A program made the translations under genes and the position numbers. Below the pieces are notes generated by a model, which saw only the letters and a list, made by a program, of their open reading frames with translations, did not search any database and was not told where the DNA came from. A stretch of DNA of 64,000 nt, taken from assembly GCA_038204425.1 (NCBI GenBank), contig JBBRCZ010000007.1, positions 1 to 64,000 on the forward strand. Reading direction: 5' to 3'. Every line of letters starts with the position of its first letter. Position 1 is the first letter of the stretch. Positions 8,156 to 17,840 of the stretch are shown here, one piece after another. The DNA comes from Spirochaetia bacterium. Its GTDB lineage: Bacteria > Spirochaetota > Spirochaetia > DSM-27196 > Salinispiraceae.

Positions 8156-10160
8156 ATTTAACGCTCAAACCGAGTTTGGCTTTGCCTTAAGTTGCCCCGG
8201 TAACTTGCTCTTGATGGGCGAGTACGCCATCACACAAAAAGCTGGGCAGGGCATCGCTATGGCAGTAGAACGTCGCGCGTGGTTGGCAGCCCACTATACG
8301 CCCAAACCCAACTACCTAAGCCAAACAGCAGACGATAATCAGGCTGATAACGAAGCTACTTTTACTGTGGTGCTGCGTTTTGGCCTGCAAGAGCTGCTTT
8401 GGTCGGGGCAACAATCCATTGTTTTGCGGCAGGCTCCCGGCATGGTCAGGGATTGCCTTGCACAGTTTTTACCCACAGCTAGGCCTAACTTAGCCGGCTG
8501 GCGCGTGGTCTTGGACACAAGCTTACTCTACGATAAAGACGGCAGTAAGTTGGGCTTGGGTTCGAGTGCCGCAGCCTGTCTGCTTTTGACGACCGCTTTT
8601 GCACAAATTGCCAGTCTTGGCCACAATCCCGGTCTGCCCTGTAACGTGAGAAACGCAGCCTTGGCCCAACAGGCAGTGCTAGCCCATCGCGCTTTCCAAG
8701 GTGGCAAAGGCTCAGGTTACGACATTTGGACAAGCTTTTTGGGTGGTTTTTCGCAGTTTGTAGGTGGCGAGCAGCCCAGCGCGAGCGTGCTCGTTGTGGC
8801 TGACAAGTATCTGCAAAGCTTTGCCTTACTTAAGGGCGCCGCCGAAGTACGCAGCGGCTCAGCTCTTAGCCAGTACAAGCTCTTTGCTCAGGATAATGGC
8901 GATCAAGCACGTGCCTACCAGAAACGCTGTGCGCAACGTTGTAAACTTTTTATAGACCTTGTGTCCCGCCCTGAGCAAGAAGAGTCTATTTTATCTGTCC
9001 TAGAAAGCGCTAGGCTCGACGGCATCTGGCTTGGTGACTGCCTAGGCATTAGTGCAAGACCCCAACCTGCAATCCCCAGTGACAAAGCTTGGTTTGCCAA
9101 AGCACTTGGTGCTGGCAACGAAAGCATTCTGGTCATAGACGCCACAACGCTGTGTGCCACTCACGCACAAGATCAAGCACGTGAAGCTCTGGCTGAGCAA
9201 GGCCTTTGTGAGCACGAGCTAAGCTACGGCCAAGCGCCAGGCAAGCTCTTACTCTTTGGAGAACATGTAGCTTTGCAAGGCTACCCTGCTGTGGGACTAG
9301 CCATTGAACGCCACTGTCGAGTCTATAAAATTCAGCTAGAGCAAGTGCCTCAAAGCGCTAGCTACGTGCTGGCGCCGGCCGCTATGCGTCAGGGGCTCAA
9401 GCACTCACAAGAGCAGCTGCTCGACGCTCTAGAACGTGGCAGCCAGACCGTTCCGTTTGTATTCTTGTTAGAAAGTGACATTCCTGCCGGTGGTGGCTAT
9501 GGCTCCTCCGCCGCACTTTCTCTTGCACTCTGTCGAGCCATGGGCTGGGGTGACAACTGGGCTATGGCCAATCGCATTGACTCGGTCTTTCATGGCGCAG
9601 CCTCAGGTATAGACAGTGGCCTTTGCTTGGCCCGAGACCTGACGCTTATGGTTCCATGGCCCAAAGACAAAGACTGCAGCGAGCTGCCAGCGTGGCACCC
9701 TCGGTTTGATGCTCGCAAGTTGGATCACAAACTTGGCTTGTGGCTTTGCAGCAGTTCAGTAGAACGTCAATCCAACACCCGTGATCTGGTTATGGCCATC
9801 AAAACTCGCCTTAAGGACAAGGACGCAAACACCGTGGCAAGAATCGCTACGCTTGGCGAGATTTCTCAGAACGCTATCTCTTTGTGTTACAGGCAAAAGG
9901 GAGAAGAACTTTGCAAAAATCTTGGTCAACTATGCCTCCAAGCGCAAGAGCAGCTTGAGAAGCTAGGCTTGGGTTCTCATGCTATGGACAGGCTTTTTGA
10001 CCTAGCACGACAAGCTGGCGCGAGCGGCTACAAACTTTCTGGCGCAGGTAGTGGTGGGGCCTTTTTTTGTTTGTTTTACCAGCAACAGGACGCAGTAACT
10101 ATTGCAAAACTCTGGCTCGAGACTGGCACCTGCAGTCCACCAATCGTTATTGAGCTGTAA
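8148..10160 (+). CDS. Fused phosphomevalonate kinase (N-terminal) and mevalonate kinase (C-terminal)
   Basis: Two full GHMP kinase motif sets in one frame. First: PGNLLLMGEY, KLGLGSSAA, GSGYD, KALGAG. Second: PGKLLLFGEH, PAGGGYGSSAA, HGAASGID, KLSGAGSGG. Last gene of the mevalonate operon. Confidence 0.85.
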   Translation: MAKFNAQTEFGFALSCPGNLLLMGEYAITQKAGQGIAMAVERRAWLAAHYTPKPNYLSQTADDNQADNEATFTVVLRFGLQELLWSGQQSIVLRQAPGMVRDCLAQFLPTARPNLAGWRVVLDTSLLYDKDGSKLGLGSSAAACLLLTTAFAQIASLGHNPGLPCNVRNAALAQQAVLAHRAFQGGKGSGYDIWTSFLGGFSQFVGGEQPSASVLVVADKYLQSFALLKGAAEVRSGSALSQYKLFAQDNGDQARAYQKRCAQRCKLFIDLVSRPEQEESILSVLESARLDGIWLGDCLGISARPQPAIPSDKAWFAKALGAGNESILVIDATTLCATHAQDQAREALAEQGLCEHELSYGQAPGKLLLFGEHVALQGYPAVGLAIERHCRVYKIQLEQVPQSASYVLAPAAMRQGLKHSQEQLLDALERGSQTVPFVFLLESDIPAGGGYGSSAALSLALCRAMGWGDNWAMANRIDSVFHGAASGIDSGLCLARDLTLMVPWPKDKDCSELPAWHPRFDARKLDHKLGLWLCSSSVERQSNTRDLVMAIKTRLKDKDANTVARIATLGEISQNAISLCYRQKGEELCKNLGQLCLQAQEQLEKLGLGSHAMDRLFDLARQAGASGYKLSGAGSGGAFFCLFYQQQDAVTIAKLWLETGTCSPPIVIEL

Positions 10161-10161
10161 A

Positions 10162-11070
10162 TCAGACGATGCGCCGACTAATGAGTGGTTCTAAAGTTGC
10201 CAGCGCCATACCTTGGTGAAAAATAGTCACCTTGCCGGTGCTTTCCGAAACCACAATTGAAACTGCATTGGTGATAGCAGTGATCCCGGCTGCAGCTCGA
10301 TGGCGGGCACCCAAGCCGTGCGCAATGCCGGTGTCACGACCGCCAGCGTCAAGATGACGCCCTGCTGCTTCTGCCACCCCATCGGCACTGATAACAATTG
10401 CCCCATCGAGGTGAGCGAGCTCCTTGAGACTCTCTACCACTTCGGGCCGAGTGATTGCGCGTTCTGATAGTTCGTATCCCTTAAAAGGATTAAAGACGGC
10501 TTGGTGTGAGTGCACCATCACCTCTGTGCTATCACCTACTACAAAAATGGTACCAACTGCCTTTCCTTCGCGGCCAAGGGCGCCAAGGTCGAGGGCAATA
10601 TCGACGATGGCCATAATAGTATGCAGGTTTCCCGAGTCCAAGAGCGGCCTAATGTCAAAAGGAAATTCCTCACTCCAGGAACGAGCAAGGTCGTGCACTG
10701 TAACCGTATCTAGATGGCTTTTACCCGACGGTCCCAAGACACAAACAACCCGGTCGTCGGCACTAATAATGCCATCGATAACGGCCTGCAGGAATGCGTA
10801 CTTGATACGTGAAAAGCGACTTTGATTGCCGGCCCAAGCCTTAATCGCCGTCGTGCAGCAACTTAGATTGAGATTTTGACCGGCCAACAATCGATCGGGC
10901 AAGACAGGCGTAATAGCTATAGAAATAGCAGGGCTAAAGGCAGCCAACCATTCTAAGTCGGCCGTTGTGTCAAGAAACAGAAAAACGCGGGTGCATTCTG
11001 CTTTTTGCGCGAGGTCAAGGGCACTGTCCAAAACTACGCTGCGTAAGTCCACCCCTTTAGCATAGGTCAA
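10162..11070 (-). CDS. Soluble diadenylate cyclase (DisA_N/DAC domain), DacZ-like architecture
   Basis: Catalytic DGA (HLDGAIV) and RHR (GARHRAA) motifs, GREGKAVGTIFVVGD and VVSESTG. Extra N-terminal domain and no TM helices. Confidence 0.85.
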   Translation of the reverse strand: MTYAKGVDLRSVVLDSALDLAQKAECTRVFLFLDTTADLEWLAAFSPAISIAITPVLPDRLLAGQNLNLSCCTTAIKAWAGNQSRFSRIKYAFLQAVIDGIISADDRVVCVLGPSGKSHLDTVTVHDLARSWSEEFPFDIRPLLDSGNLHTIMAIVDIALDLGALGREGKAVGTIFVVGDSTEVMVHSHQAVFNPFKGYELSERAITRPEVVESLKELAHLDGAIVISADGVAEAAGRHLDAGGRDTGIAHGLGARHRAAAGITAITNAVSIVVSESTGKVTIFHQGMALATLEPLISRRIV

Positions 11071-11084
11071 AATCAGATTGATCG

Positions 11085-12107
11085 CTACCTAGTAGAAGCA
11101 GCTGGCGCAAAAATAGCGGCGATAGGCAAATGGTCAGACACACCTCTGGTACCAGATTTAATAAAACGCCGAGGAAAACCTTTGCTATCGACCAAGACTG
11201 ACTCGTTACAAGCAGTAAAGGCCAGCAGATCCAGACTTCCTTGATACAGTATATGATCAATACGCTCCCAAACTCCCCGGTAGACATAAGAACCAAGCGC
11301 ACCTGTGCTAAACCCATTTGAACTCATCCATGCGTTGCGTAAATCAGTTCCTTGCTCTAAGAGCTGGCCGCCTTCACTGTGCGCGGTATCCTCGTTGAGG
11401 TCGCCAACCAAGAGATAGGTGGCCGTTTCTTTGGCTTGTATTCTGGCTTGAACCAAACGGGCGGCCGCCAATCGAGCTTGTTTTCCTTGATCCGGACCAA
11501 GCTTGCTTTTCCAGTGACAAGCAAACACCGTCAAGCTGCCCACTACAGCGTCCTCAAATTGCAGCTCCCAGACCAAACGAGTGGTTTCTTGATTGAGCCA
11601 CAAGCGATGAGTTCTTATCTTGCTGGGGATAGAGCGCGCCATAACAGCGGTGCGTGGTCCGCCGCCACTTGCCTGACAAACTTGAGCAAAGGCATAGGGC
11701 TGCCCCCAGCTGGTGCTTATTTGCCGGTTTAGATCATCTACCACCGCTTGATTTTCTATTTCTTGCAGCACTACAATGTCGGGCGAACCTGCAAGAGCCA
11801 ACGCAGCCTCTGCTTGGTTAGCGACCAAACTTGCCTTAGCGCCTTCCCAAGCCAAGGCCAAAGCGCCGGCGCTACGACTCAAACGAGTCTGATATGCCTT
11901 GGCAGTCCAGTCCTCACTTGCAAACTCAGCATACTCGCCACCTTGGACTTCTGCATCAAACAAGTTTTGCACATTGTAGGAGACGATGCCAAATCTTGGC
12001 ATTGCACTGGCGCTGTCTAAATCACAGCTGCTTAAAAAGCATAAGCAAAGCAGTGCTGCTATCAAGCCAACGGCCGTGGCTACTATTTTTTCTTGCGTAT
12101 TTGACAT
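11085..12107 (-). CDS. Endonuclease/exonuclease/phosphatase family lipoprotein
   Basis: SYNVQNLFD, VLQEIEN, HWKSK, GDLNE, IDHIL and SDHLP motifs; lipobox LSS-C. Confidence 0.88.
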   Translation of the reverse strand: MSNTQEKIVATAVGLIAALLCLCFLSSCDLDSASAMPRFGIVSYNVQNLFDAEVQGGEYAEFASEDWTAKAYQTRLSRSAGALALAWEGAKASLVANQAEAALALAGSPDIVVLQEIENQAVVDDLNRQISTSWGQPYAFAQVCQASGGGPRTAVMARSIPSKIRTHRLWLNQETTRLVWELQFEDAVVGSLTVFACHWKSKLGPDQGKQARLAAARLVQARIQAKETATYLLVGDLNEDTAHSEGGQLLEQGTDLRNAWMSSNGFSTGALGSYVYRGVWERIDHILYQGSLDLLAFTACNESVLVDSKGFPRRFIKSGTRGVSDHLPIAAIFAPAASTR

Positions 12108-12147
12108 GTCTTTACTCCAGATTGGGTTGCGACTTGGCTACAAGCAC

Positions 12148-13164
12148 TTACCCAAGCATAGACAAGACGGAATTAGCTTCTGCTTCTACCGAAGGACAAA
12201 TACTCAAAAACTTTTGTCCAGTTATTAACTCGTAAGCCAAAATATAGCGCCTGGAGAGTTCTTCAAGCACTTGCGCAGGAATTACAGGCGCAGGTCCATG
12301 CCCCGACCATCCTTGAGCCATCAACCATTCGCGCAAGTACTCCTTGTCCAGCTTGCGCTGATCACGTGAGTTTTCAAAACATTCTAAATAGCTATCAGCA
12401 AACCAGAAACGCGAACTGTCCGGTGTATGAATCTCGTCAATCAAGGTCAGCTGCGCAGCGTCGCCTTTGCCAATAAGACCAAACTCATACTTGGTGTCAA
12501 CCAAGATTAACCCTTGCTTGGCAGCAATCTGCGTCCCGCGCTCAAACAGCGCCAAGGCACTGGCCTCAATTTTTTGCCACAGTTTAGGCGTCACAATGCC
12601 GCGTCTCACTATTTCAGCACTGCTGATTGGCTCGTCATGTTTTCCCAGTTCTTCTTTGGTACTGGGCGTTAGGAGTGCTGTTTCAAAGCGTTGGTCACGG
12701 CGCATGCCCGCTGGCAAGCTGATGCCCGAAATTGGCCTTCCAGCTTGATAGTCCCGCCAAGCGCTTCCCGTCAAATAGCCACGCACAACCACTTCAATCG
12801 GCACTACTCTGGCTTTGCGGGCCAAGAGACCGCGACTTGCCACGGCTTGTATACAATGGTTGGCAATGATGTCACTTGTTTGCTCAAACCAAAACTGAGA
12901 AATTCGATTGAGTACTTCACCTTTGTTAGGCACCAGATCGAGCACGACGTCAAAAGCACTAACTCTATCTGAAGTAAATAGTAAAACATTGTCGCCAAGA
13001 TCAATGCGGTCTCTGACTTTGCCAGAATATAAACGCCCTTCTTGGCGCAACTGCTCGAGCACGGCACACGAGGCAAATCGTGTGGATAGGCTGTCGCTCA
13101 TACCATGTGCGCTAACCAAGCCCGGTACACAGGACAAAGATGTTTGTGGTTCTTCTTGATTCAT
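12148..13164 (-). CDS. purC: SAICAR synthase
   Basis: YSGKVRD, SDRVSAFD, EVVVRGYLTGS, TPSTK, VDTKYEFG, DEIHTPDSSRFW and DKEYLR. Confidence 0.97.
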   Translation of the reverse strand: MNQEEPQTSLSCVPGLVSAHGMSDSLSTRFASCAVLEQLRQEGRLYSGKVRDRIDLGDNVLLFTSDRVSAFDVVLDLVPNKGEVLNRISQFWFEQTSDIIANHCIQAVASRGLLARKARVVPIEVVVRGYLTGSAWRDYQAGRPISGISLPAGMRRDQRFETALLTPSTKEELGKHDEPISSAEIVRRGIVTPKLWQKIEASALALFERGTQIAAKQGLILVDTKYEFGLIGKGDAAQLTLIDEIHTPDSSRFWFADSYLECFENSRDQRKLDKEYLREWLMAQGWSGHGPAPVIPAQVLEELSRRYILAYELITGQKFLSICPSVEAEANSVLSMLG

Positions 13165-13226
13165 ACGCGCAAGCTTAACTCAAAGCCCCTCTTGCGACAA
13201 TATCTGGCCAAGCGAAGCTGGCTAAG

Positions 13227-13526
13227 CTATTTAAACATTGGCAAATAAGAAAAGTAGTCTTTGATCTTTACAAAGCTGGCGTTTATCTTACAAGAATTGT
13301 CGTCAATCGGAACTATACCAGCTACTCTTGCGATCAGACTTATCTTGGCGTCTTTTTGGTAATCAATTGCTTCCAAAATCAAAAGCTGACCCTGACTAAA
13401 GTAACTCTCTTTACGTGGCACGTGCAGGCTTGCTTGCTGGGCATTAGAACTAATGAGATTGGCACCAAAGCTGTCGTTCTCGCTACCTTCGGCAAAGACA
13501 AAAAACTGATTGATCTTGTTGGACAT
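13227..13526 (-). CDS. Small hypothetical protein, possibly a degenerate PilZ-like beta-barrel
   Basis: ~99-aa beta-rich ORF divergent from rlmN, with an ISLIARVA...ASF pattern resembling PilZ strands but no RxxxR motif. Confidence 0.5.
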   Translation of the reverse strand: MSNKINQFFVFAEGSENDSFGANLISSNAQQASLHVPRKESYFSQGQLLILEAIDYQKDAKISLIARVAGIVPIDDNSCKINASFVKIKDYFSYLPMFK

Positions 13527-13615
13527 TAGGAAGCCTTCCACAAAGTAACATGGCTTGCGTCACTGACCTTGCTAAAAGACTGTACGCCAAAAGCCTTTCC
13601 GGGGTAAAGTACCCT

Positions 13616-14680
13616 ATGCAGCAGGCCCCCCCAACCACACCTGAGCACAGCCCTCTTTTGGGCATGCTCCCCAACCAAATCAAAGAACTTTGTGCCAGCC
13701 AAGGCCAAGCAGAATTTAGGGCTAAGCAGCTTTACCAGTGGATCTACCACCACGCCGCCGACAGCTATGACGCAATGAGCAACTTGCCCAAAGCATGGCG
13801 CGACCAGCTCGCCTCGGGCCACCAGATAGGCCGAGTTGCCCCGCATCGCGTAGACATCTCTAGCGATGGTACCAAAAAATACTTATTTGCCACCTCTCCC
13901 GGCCGTTTTGTAGAAAGCGCTTGGATACCAGAGAACCAACGCGCCACCCTGTGCTTGTCCACCCAAGTTGGCTGCAAAATGGGCTGCGTTTTTTGCGCCA
14001 CTGGCCGGCAAGGATTTCAGTCCCAGCTAACGGCTGGCCAAATTGTAAACCAGTACCTCAGCTTGCCCGAGCGAGAGAGCATTACCAACATTGTTTACAT
14101 GGGTATGGGCGAACCTTTTGACAACCCCGAGGCAGTTTTTGATTCGCTTGCGCTGTTTACCGACCCATTGGGCATCGGCCTGAGTCCACACAAAATCACC
14201 GTTTCCACGATTGGAATCATCCCAGTCATGAAGGAATTTTTGGTGCGCTCAGACTGCAACCTTGCTATCAGCATCCATTCTCCATTTGAGGACGAACGAA
14301 GAGCATTGATGCCCATCCAACACGTTTACCCAATTGCAGAGCTGGTGCAAGTTCTTAAGGAGAATCCGCTAGCTGCTTCGCGCAAGCTTTCATTTGAATA
14401 CATCATGTTTGCCGGTCTCAACGACAGCCTTGGCCATGCGCGTGAGCTGGTAAGGCTCATCAATGGCCTGCGCGCTCAAGTTAACCTAATTCACTACCAC
14501 AGTGTGCCAAGTTTGTCATTGCAAGGCAGCGACGACCAAACTATGCGAGATTTTCAGGACTTGCTCAAACAAAAGGGCATAATGACCACCATCCGAAAAA
14601 GTCGCGGCCTGGATATTCAAGCAGCCTGTGGACTTTTGTCGACCAAAGAACTGGTCAAAACCACGCTCGAGGATTTTTAG
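13616..14680 (+). CDS. rlmN: 23S rRNA m2A2503 / tRNA m2A37 methyltransferase (radical SAM)
   Basis: TLCLSTQVGCKMGCVFC (CxxxCxxC), MGMGEP, FEYIM and DIQAACG. The ORF is open from 13550. Confidence 0.95.
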   Translation: MQQAPPTTPEHSPLLGMLPNQIKELCASQGQAEFRAKQLYQWIYHHAADSYDAMSNLPKAWRDQLASGHQIGRVAPHRVDISSDGTKKYLFATSPGRFVESAWIPENQRATLCLSTQVGCKMGCVFCATGRQGFQSQLTAGQIVNQYLSLPERESITNIVYMGMGEPFDNPEAVFDSLALFTDPLGIGLSPHKITVSTIGIIPVMKEFLVRSDCNLAISIHSPFEDERRALMPIQHVYPIAELVQVLKENPLAASRKLSFEYIMFAGLNDSLGHARELVRLINGLRAQVNLIHYHSVPSLSLQGSDDQTMRDFQDLLKQKGIMTTIRKSRGLDIQAACGLLSTKELVKTTLEDF

Positions 14681-14682
14681 TT

Positions 14683-15162
14683 ATGGGTGATGCACGCTTT
14701 TGGTTGTTCAAGTGCGAACCGACTGCACAGTCAATAGATGATCTGGCCGCTATGGAGGACCAAAAGGTTGCGTGGTTTGGTGTGCGCAACTATCAAGCTC
14801 GCAACTACATGCGCGACAGTATGCAGCAAGGTGATCTCGGCTTCTATTATCATTCGGCCTGTCCACAGCCAGGCATAGTTGGCATGGTGCGCGTTGCCAG
14901 CAAACCCTACCCCGACCCCACCCAATTTGATCCAAGCTCGCCCTACTTTGACCCCAAGGCCAGCCAAGCTCTGCCGCGCTGGATCTTGGTTGACGTGCAG
15001 TTTGTCAAAAAAACAGAACTACTGTCTTTGGCGCAACTCAGAGCCCACCCCAATTTGGCGAGCATGCACATTCTGCAACGTGGCAGCCGCTTATCAATTA
15101 CGCCTGTCAGCCAGGATGAATGGCAGATAATTACGCCATTGTTGCATCAAACCGACGTTTGA
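14683..15162 (+). CDS. EVE domain-containing protein
   Basis: WLFKCEP, WFGVRNYQARNYMR, FYYHS, YFDPK and RLSITPV. Confidence 0.92.
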   Translation: MGDARFWLFKCEPTAQSIDDLAAMEDQKVAWFGVRNYQARNYMRDSMQQGDLGFYYHSACPQPGIVGMVRVASKPYPDPTQFDPSSPYFDPKASQALPRWILVDVQFVKKTELLSLAQLRAHPNLASMHILQRGSRLSITPVSQDEWQIITPLLHQTDV

Positions 15163-15728
15163 GCACAGGATTTGACAGCTTCCAGGTTTTTGTTGGCGTA
15201 GCCGACGTAACGCAGCGGCCCAGCTGCCAAGTCACTTATTTCCAGCTCAGTCAGGGCTCGCACCACTTTGGCTGGTACTCCAGCTGCCAAATAGCCACGC
15301 GGTACCCGTGTACCAGGTCTAAGCACGGCTCCGGCCGCCACCATACAGTCGTCTTCCAGAATTGCTCCATCCAAGACGGTAGCGTTCATACCAATCAAAA
15401 CACGATTGCCAATGCTACAAGCGTGCAGCACGGCTGCATGGCCTATGGTTACGTCGTCACCGATTAACAAAGGACCTGTGTCGTGAGTTACGTGCAGCAC
15501 ACAGCCATCTTGCACATTGCTGCGCTTGCCTATGGTGACGGTTTGCACGTCGGCACGCACCACTGCGTTGTACCAGACGCTTGAGTCACAGCCAATACTC
15601 ACGGCCCCGATCACACGGCTACCGGGGAGGATAACAGCTCCATCTGCAAGTACCGGCCAGATGCCTTGATACGGAAATAGTTGACTGCCCTTTAGACCTT
15701 CCCAAAATTGATTGTTGTAAGTGCTCAT
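15147..15728 (-). CDS. Gamma-class carbonic anhydrase family protein
   Basis: Hexapeptide repeats with VVRAD, SNVQDGCVLH and VTIGHAAVLHAC (three His ligands). Confidence 0.92.
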   Translation of the reverse strand: MSTYNNQFWEGLKGSQLFPYQGIWPVLADGAVILPGSRVIGAVSIGCDSSVWYNAVVRADVQTVTIGKRSNVQDGCVLHVTHDTGPLLIGDDVTIGHAAVLHACSIGNRVLIGMNATVLDGAILEDDCMVAAGAVLRPGTRVPRGYLAAGVPAKVVRALTELEISDLAAGPLRYVGYANKNLEAVKSCAQTSV

Positions 15729-15781
15729 GACTGCTTCCTTTTTTGTGCGCATTATTCTTCTATTAGGTCTATACTCAAACC

Positions 15782-17365
15782 ATGATAGCCTTTAGACCAA
15801 TTCATAACAAATATAGAGAAGCAAAACTGAGAGAAAGAATGGCTGCAATGAGCCTTTTTGGCTTAAATCTACTTATTTTTGTAGTTGGCATAGCTGTAAT
15901 TTTGTTGGACCTAAAACTGTCGGCGGTCAACATTGGCATTGGCTCAGTCTTGGTCGGCATCATAATTTCGCAGTTGCTCTTATTACTTGGCAGGCTCAAC
16001 GTAGCACGATCCTTGCATCTGGCAATGTTTTTGCTTGGCCTGCCCTTTTTGTACTTTGTAGTTCTGGATGAGATCCATGAGCTCTACCACTTTGCTTTGG
16101 TATTTTGTTTTGTGGCTTTTGACGCTGTACTGATTGGGGCATCTATGCGCATGCTGGTGAGCTTTGTAAGCATTGGTTTGTTGACAGCTGGCCTAGCGCC
16201 AATGCTACGTGCACCAGGTAGCATCAGCTTTGAGCTAGTCAATCATATTATTACCTTGGCTATTTTGACCAGCATTGGCGCATTGGCAATTTTTTCTAGC
16301 CGCGACCGCCAAGCCTTACTAACTGAAACAGAGCAATCCAATGCCGAAAACGTAAAACAGCTAATTACTTTGCAGTCAAGCATTAAACGGGTGCGACGCA
16401 CCATGGATATTGGCCAAGACTTAAGCATTAACAGCCAAAAGACCAAAGAGCGTGCCGACGCCATCCACCAAGAGTTGGAGATGACTCGCGACATGACCAA
16501 CAAGACTAGCGGTCTTGTACGTGGCTATCAAAATGACTCTGGTCTGGTGCTACAAAAAACACGCGAAATCAAGCAACAGGCCGATGACTATATTCAATCG
16601 GTTGAGCTCGCAAGTGCGACGGTAGACAAGTTGATTGCCAGCATCCACCAGATCAGTTCAATAGCCCAGACCCGCATGGACGAACTATCGCTACTGGTAG
16701 AAATGTCTATGCGTGGCTTAGAACAAATGGCAAAGACTCAAAAAGCTGTCAACGAAGTTAACGAAAAAACCAGAGTCATAACTGACGTGGTACACATCAT
16801 AGAAGATATTGCCAGCCGCACCAATCTACTGGCTATGAATGCCGCCATTGAAGCAGCCCATGCAGGTGACTCAGGGCGGGGCTTTGCAGTGGTTGCTTCT
16901 GAAATTCGCAAGCTATCACTCACAACAAGCGAAAATACCGCCCGCATCAAAAGGTCGGTTGAAGAATCACTCACCAGCATCAAAGATGCAGGCCTTTTAC
17001 AGAAGTCAAGTCAGAGCAGCATAGAAAAGATATCTGCAGAACTCAACCGCACCAGTGCTTCTTTTGGCGAGATTAGCTCGCAGCTTGAGCGCATGAAGGA
17101 CGGCACTGGCGCAATCAACAATGTTATTCAAAACATCAGAGTCGCCTCGGTCAAGCAGAATCAAGATATTGACGAACTAGAACTCAACCAACATGCCAAT
17201 GACGACCGTGTAGAAAAAATTGCCGTCGCTACTGACTCCAGCAATCAAGCGATAGAAAAAAGCTACCGCTTTTTTTTAGACATTGTTAAAGCCAACCAAG
17301 AAATTCATGCGCTTGGCGAGCAGATCAGCCTGAGCATCTCAGAACTCGGCGCCTCGCTGACTTGA
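15782..17365 (+). CDS. Methyl-accepting chemotaxis protein with a multi-TM N-terminal sensor
   Basis: About six hydrophobic segments, then the signalling tip [34 protein letters not shown]. Confidence 0.93.
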   Translation: MIAFRPIHNKYREAKLRERMAAMSLFGLNLLIFVVGIAVILLDLKLSAVNIGIGSVLVGIIISQLLLLLGRLNVARSLHLAMFLLGLPFLYFVVLDEIHELYHFALVFCFVAFDAVLIGASMRMLVSFVSIGLLTAGLAPMLRAPGSISFELVNHIITLAILTSIGALAIFSSRDRQALLTETEQSNAENVKQLITLQSSIKRVRRTMDIGQDLSINSQKTKERADAIHQELEMTRDMTNKTSGLVRGYQNDSGLVLQKTREIKQQADDYIQSVELASATVDKLIASIHQISSIAQTRMDELSLLVEMSMRGLEQMAKTQKAVNEVNEKTRVITDVVHIIEDIASRTNLLAMNAAIEAAHAGDSGRGFAVVASEIRKLSLTTSENTARIKRSVEESLTSIKDAGLLQKSSQSSIEKISAELNRTSASFGEISSQLERMKDGTGAINNVIQNIRVASVKQNQDIDELELNQHANDDRVEKIAVATDSSNQAIEKSYRFFLDIVKANQEIHALGEQISLSISELGASLT

Positions 17366-17369
17366 TTAA

Positions 17370-17780
17370 CTAGGTGTCATTAGATTGCTGTGCCACAATG
17401 GTTTGATTGACCAGTTTTCTCAGGTGATAGCGCTTGATCTCTGGCAAATCAACGAACGTACAGCCGCAATGATCCTTATTAGCAAGCTTTTGAGGATCGT
17501 TACTCCACACCAAACGGGCAAAAACCACTATGGCTTGTTCACTTTCTGGTAGTTTGATGGCCATTCTTATTTTTTTGGTGCCGTTTAGTAGGTGTTGCAC
17601 TACATGGTGAGCAAGTTCTTTGTCAAACTTGATACAGATGCCCGATTCGCTCAAGTCAATGGCACGAGCTTTCTGAGGATTTTCTAGTGCGCCAGAAAAG
17701 TCGTCATTCCATTTGACCAAGTCAAAGGAAACATCATAATCAAAACAAATACGCGCATCAACGCGTTTTTCGTTGCCCAT
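17370..17780 (-). CDS. Single-domain PilZ protein (probable c-di-GMP receptor)
   Basis: EKRVDAR (RxxxR) and DLSESG (D/NxSxxG), plus ARLVW and GCTF. Confidence 0.85.
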   Translation of the reverse strand: MGNEKRVDARICFDYDVSFDLVKWNDDFSGALENPQKARAIDLSESGICIKFDKELAHHVVQHLLNGTKKIRMAIKLPESEQAIVVFARLVWSNDPQKLANKDHCGCTFVDLPEIKRYHLRKLVNQTIVAQQSNDT

Positions 17781-17840
17781 GGTCCTGTACCGCCCCTGTT
17801 GTCTAGTGTATTTTAAGTATAGGCCGGCCACCTGAGCTGG

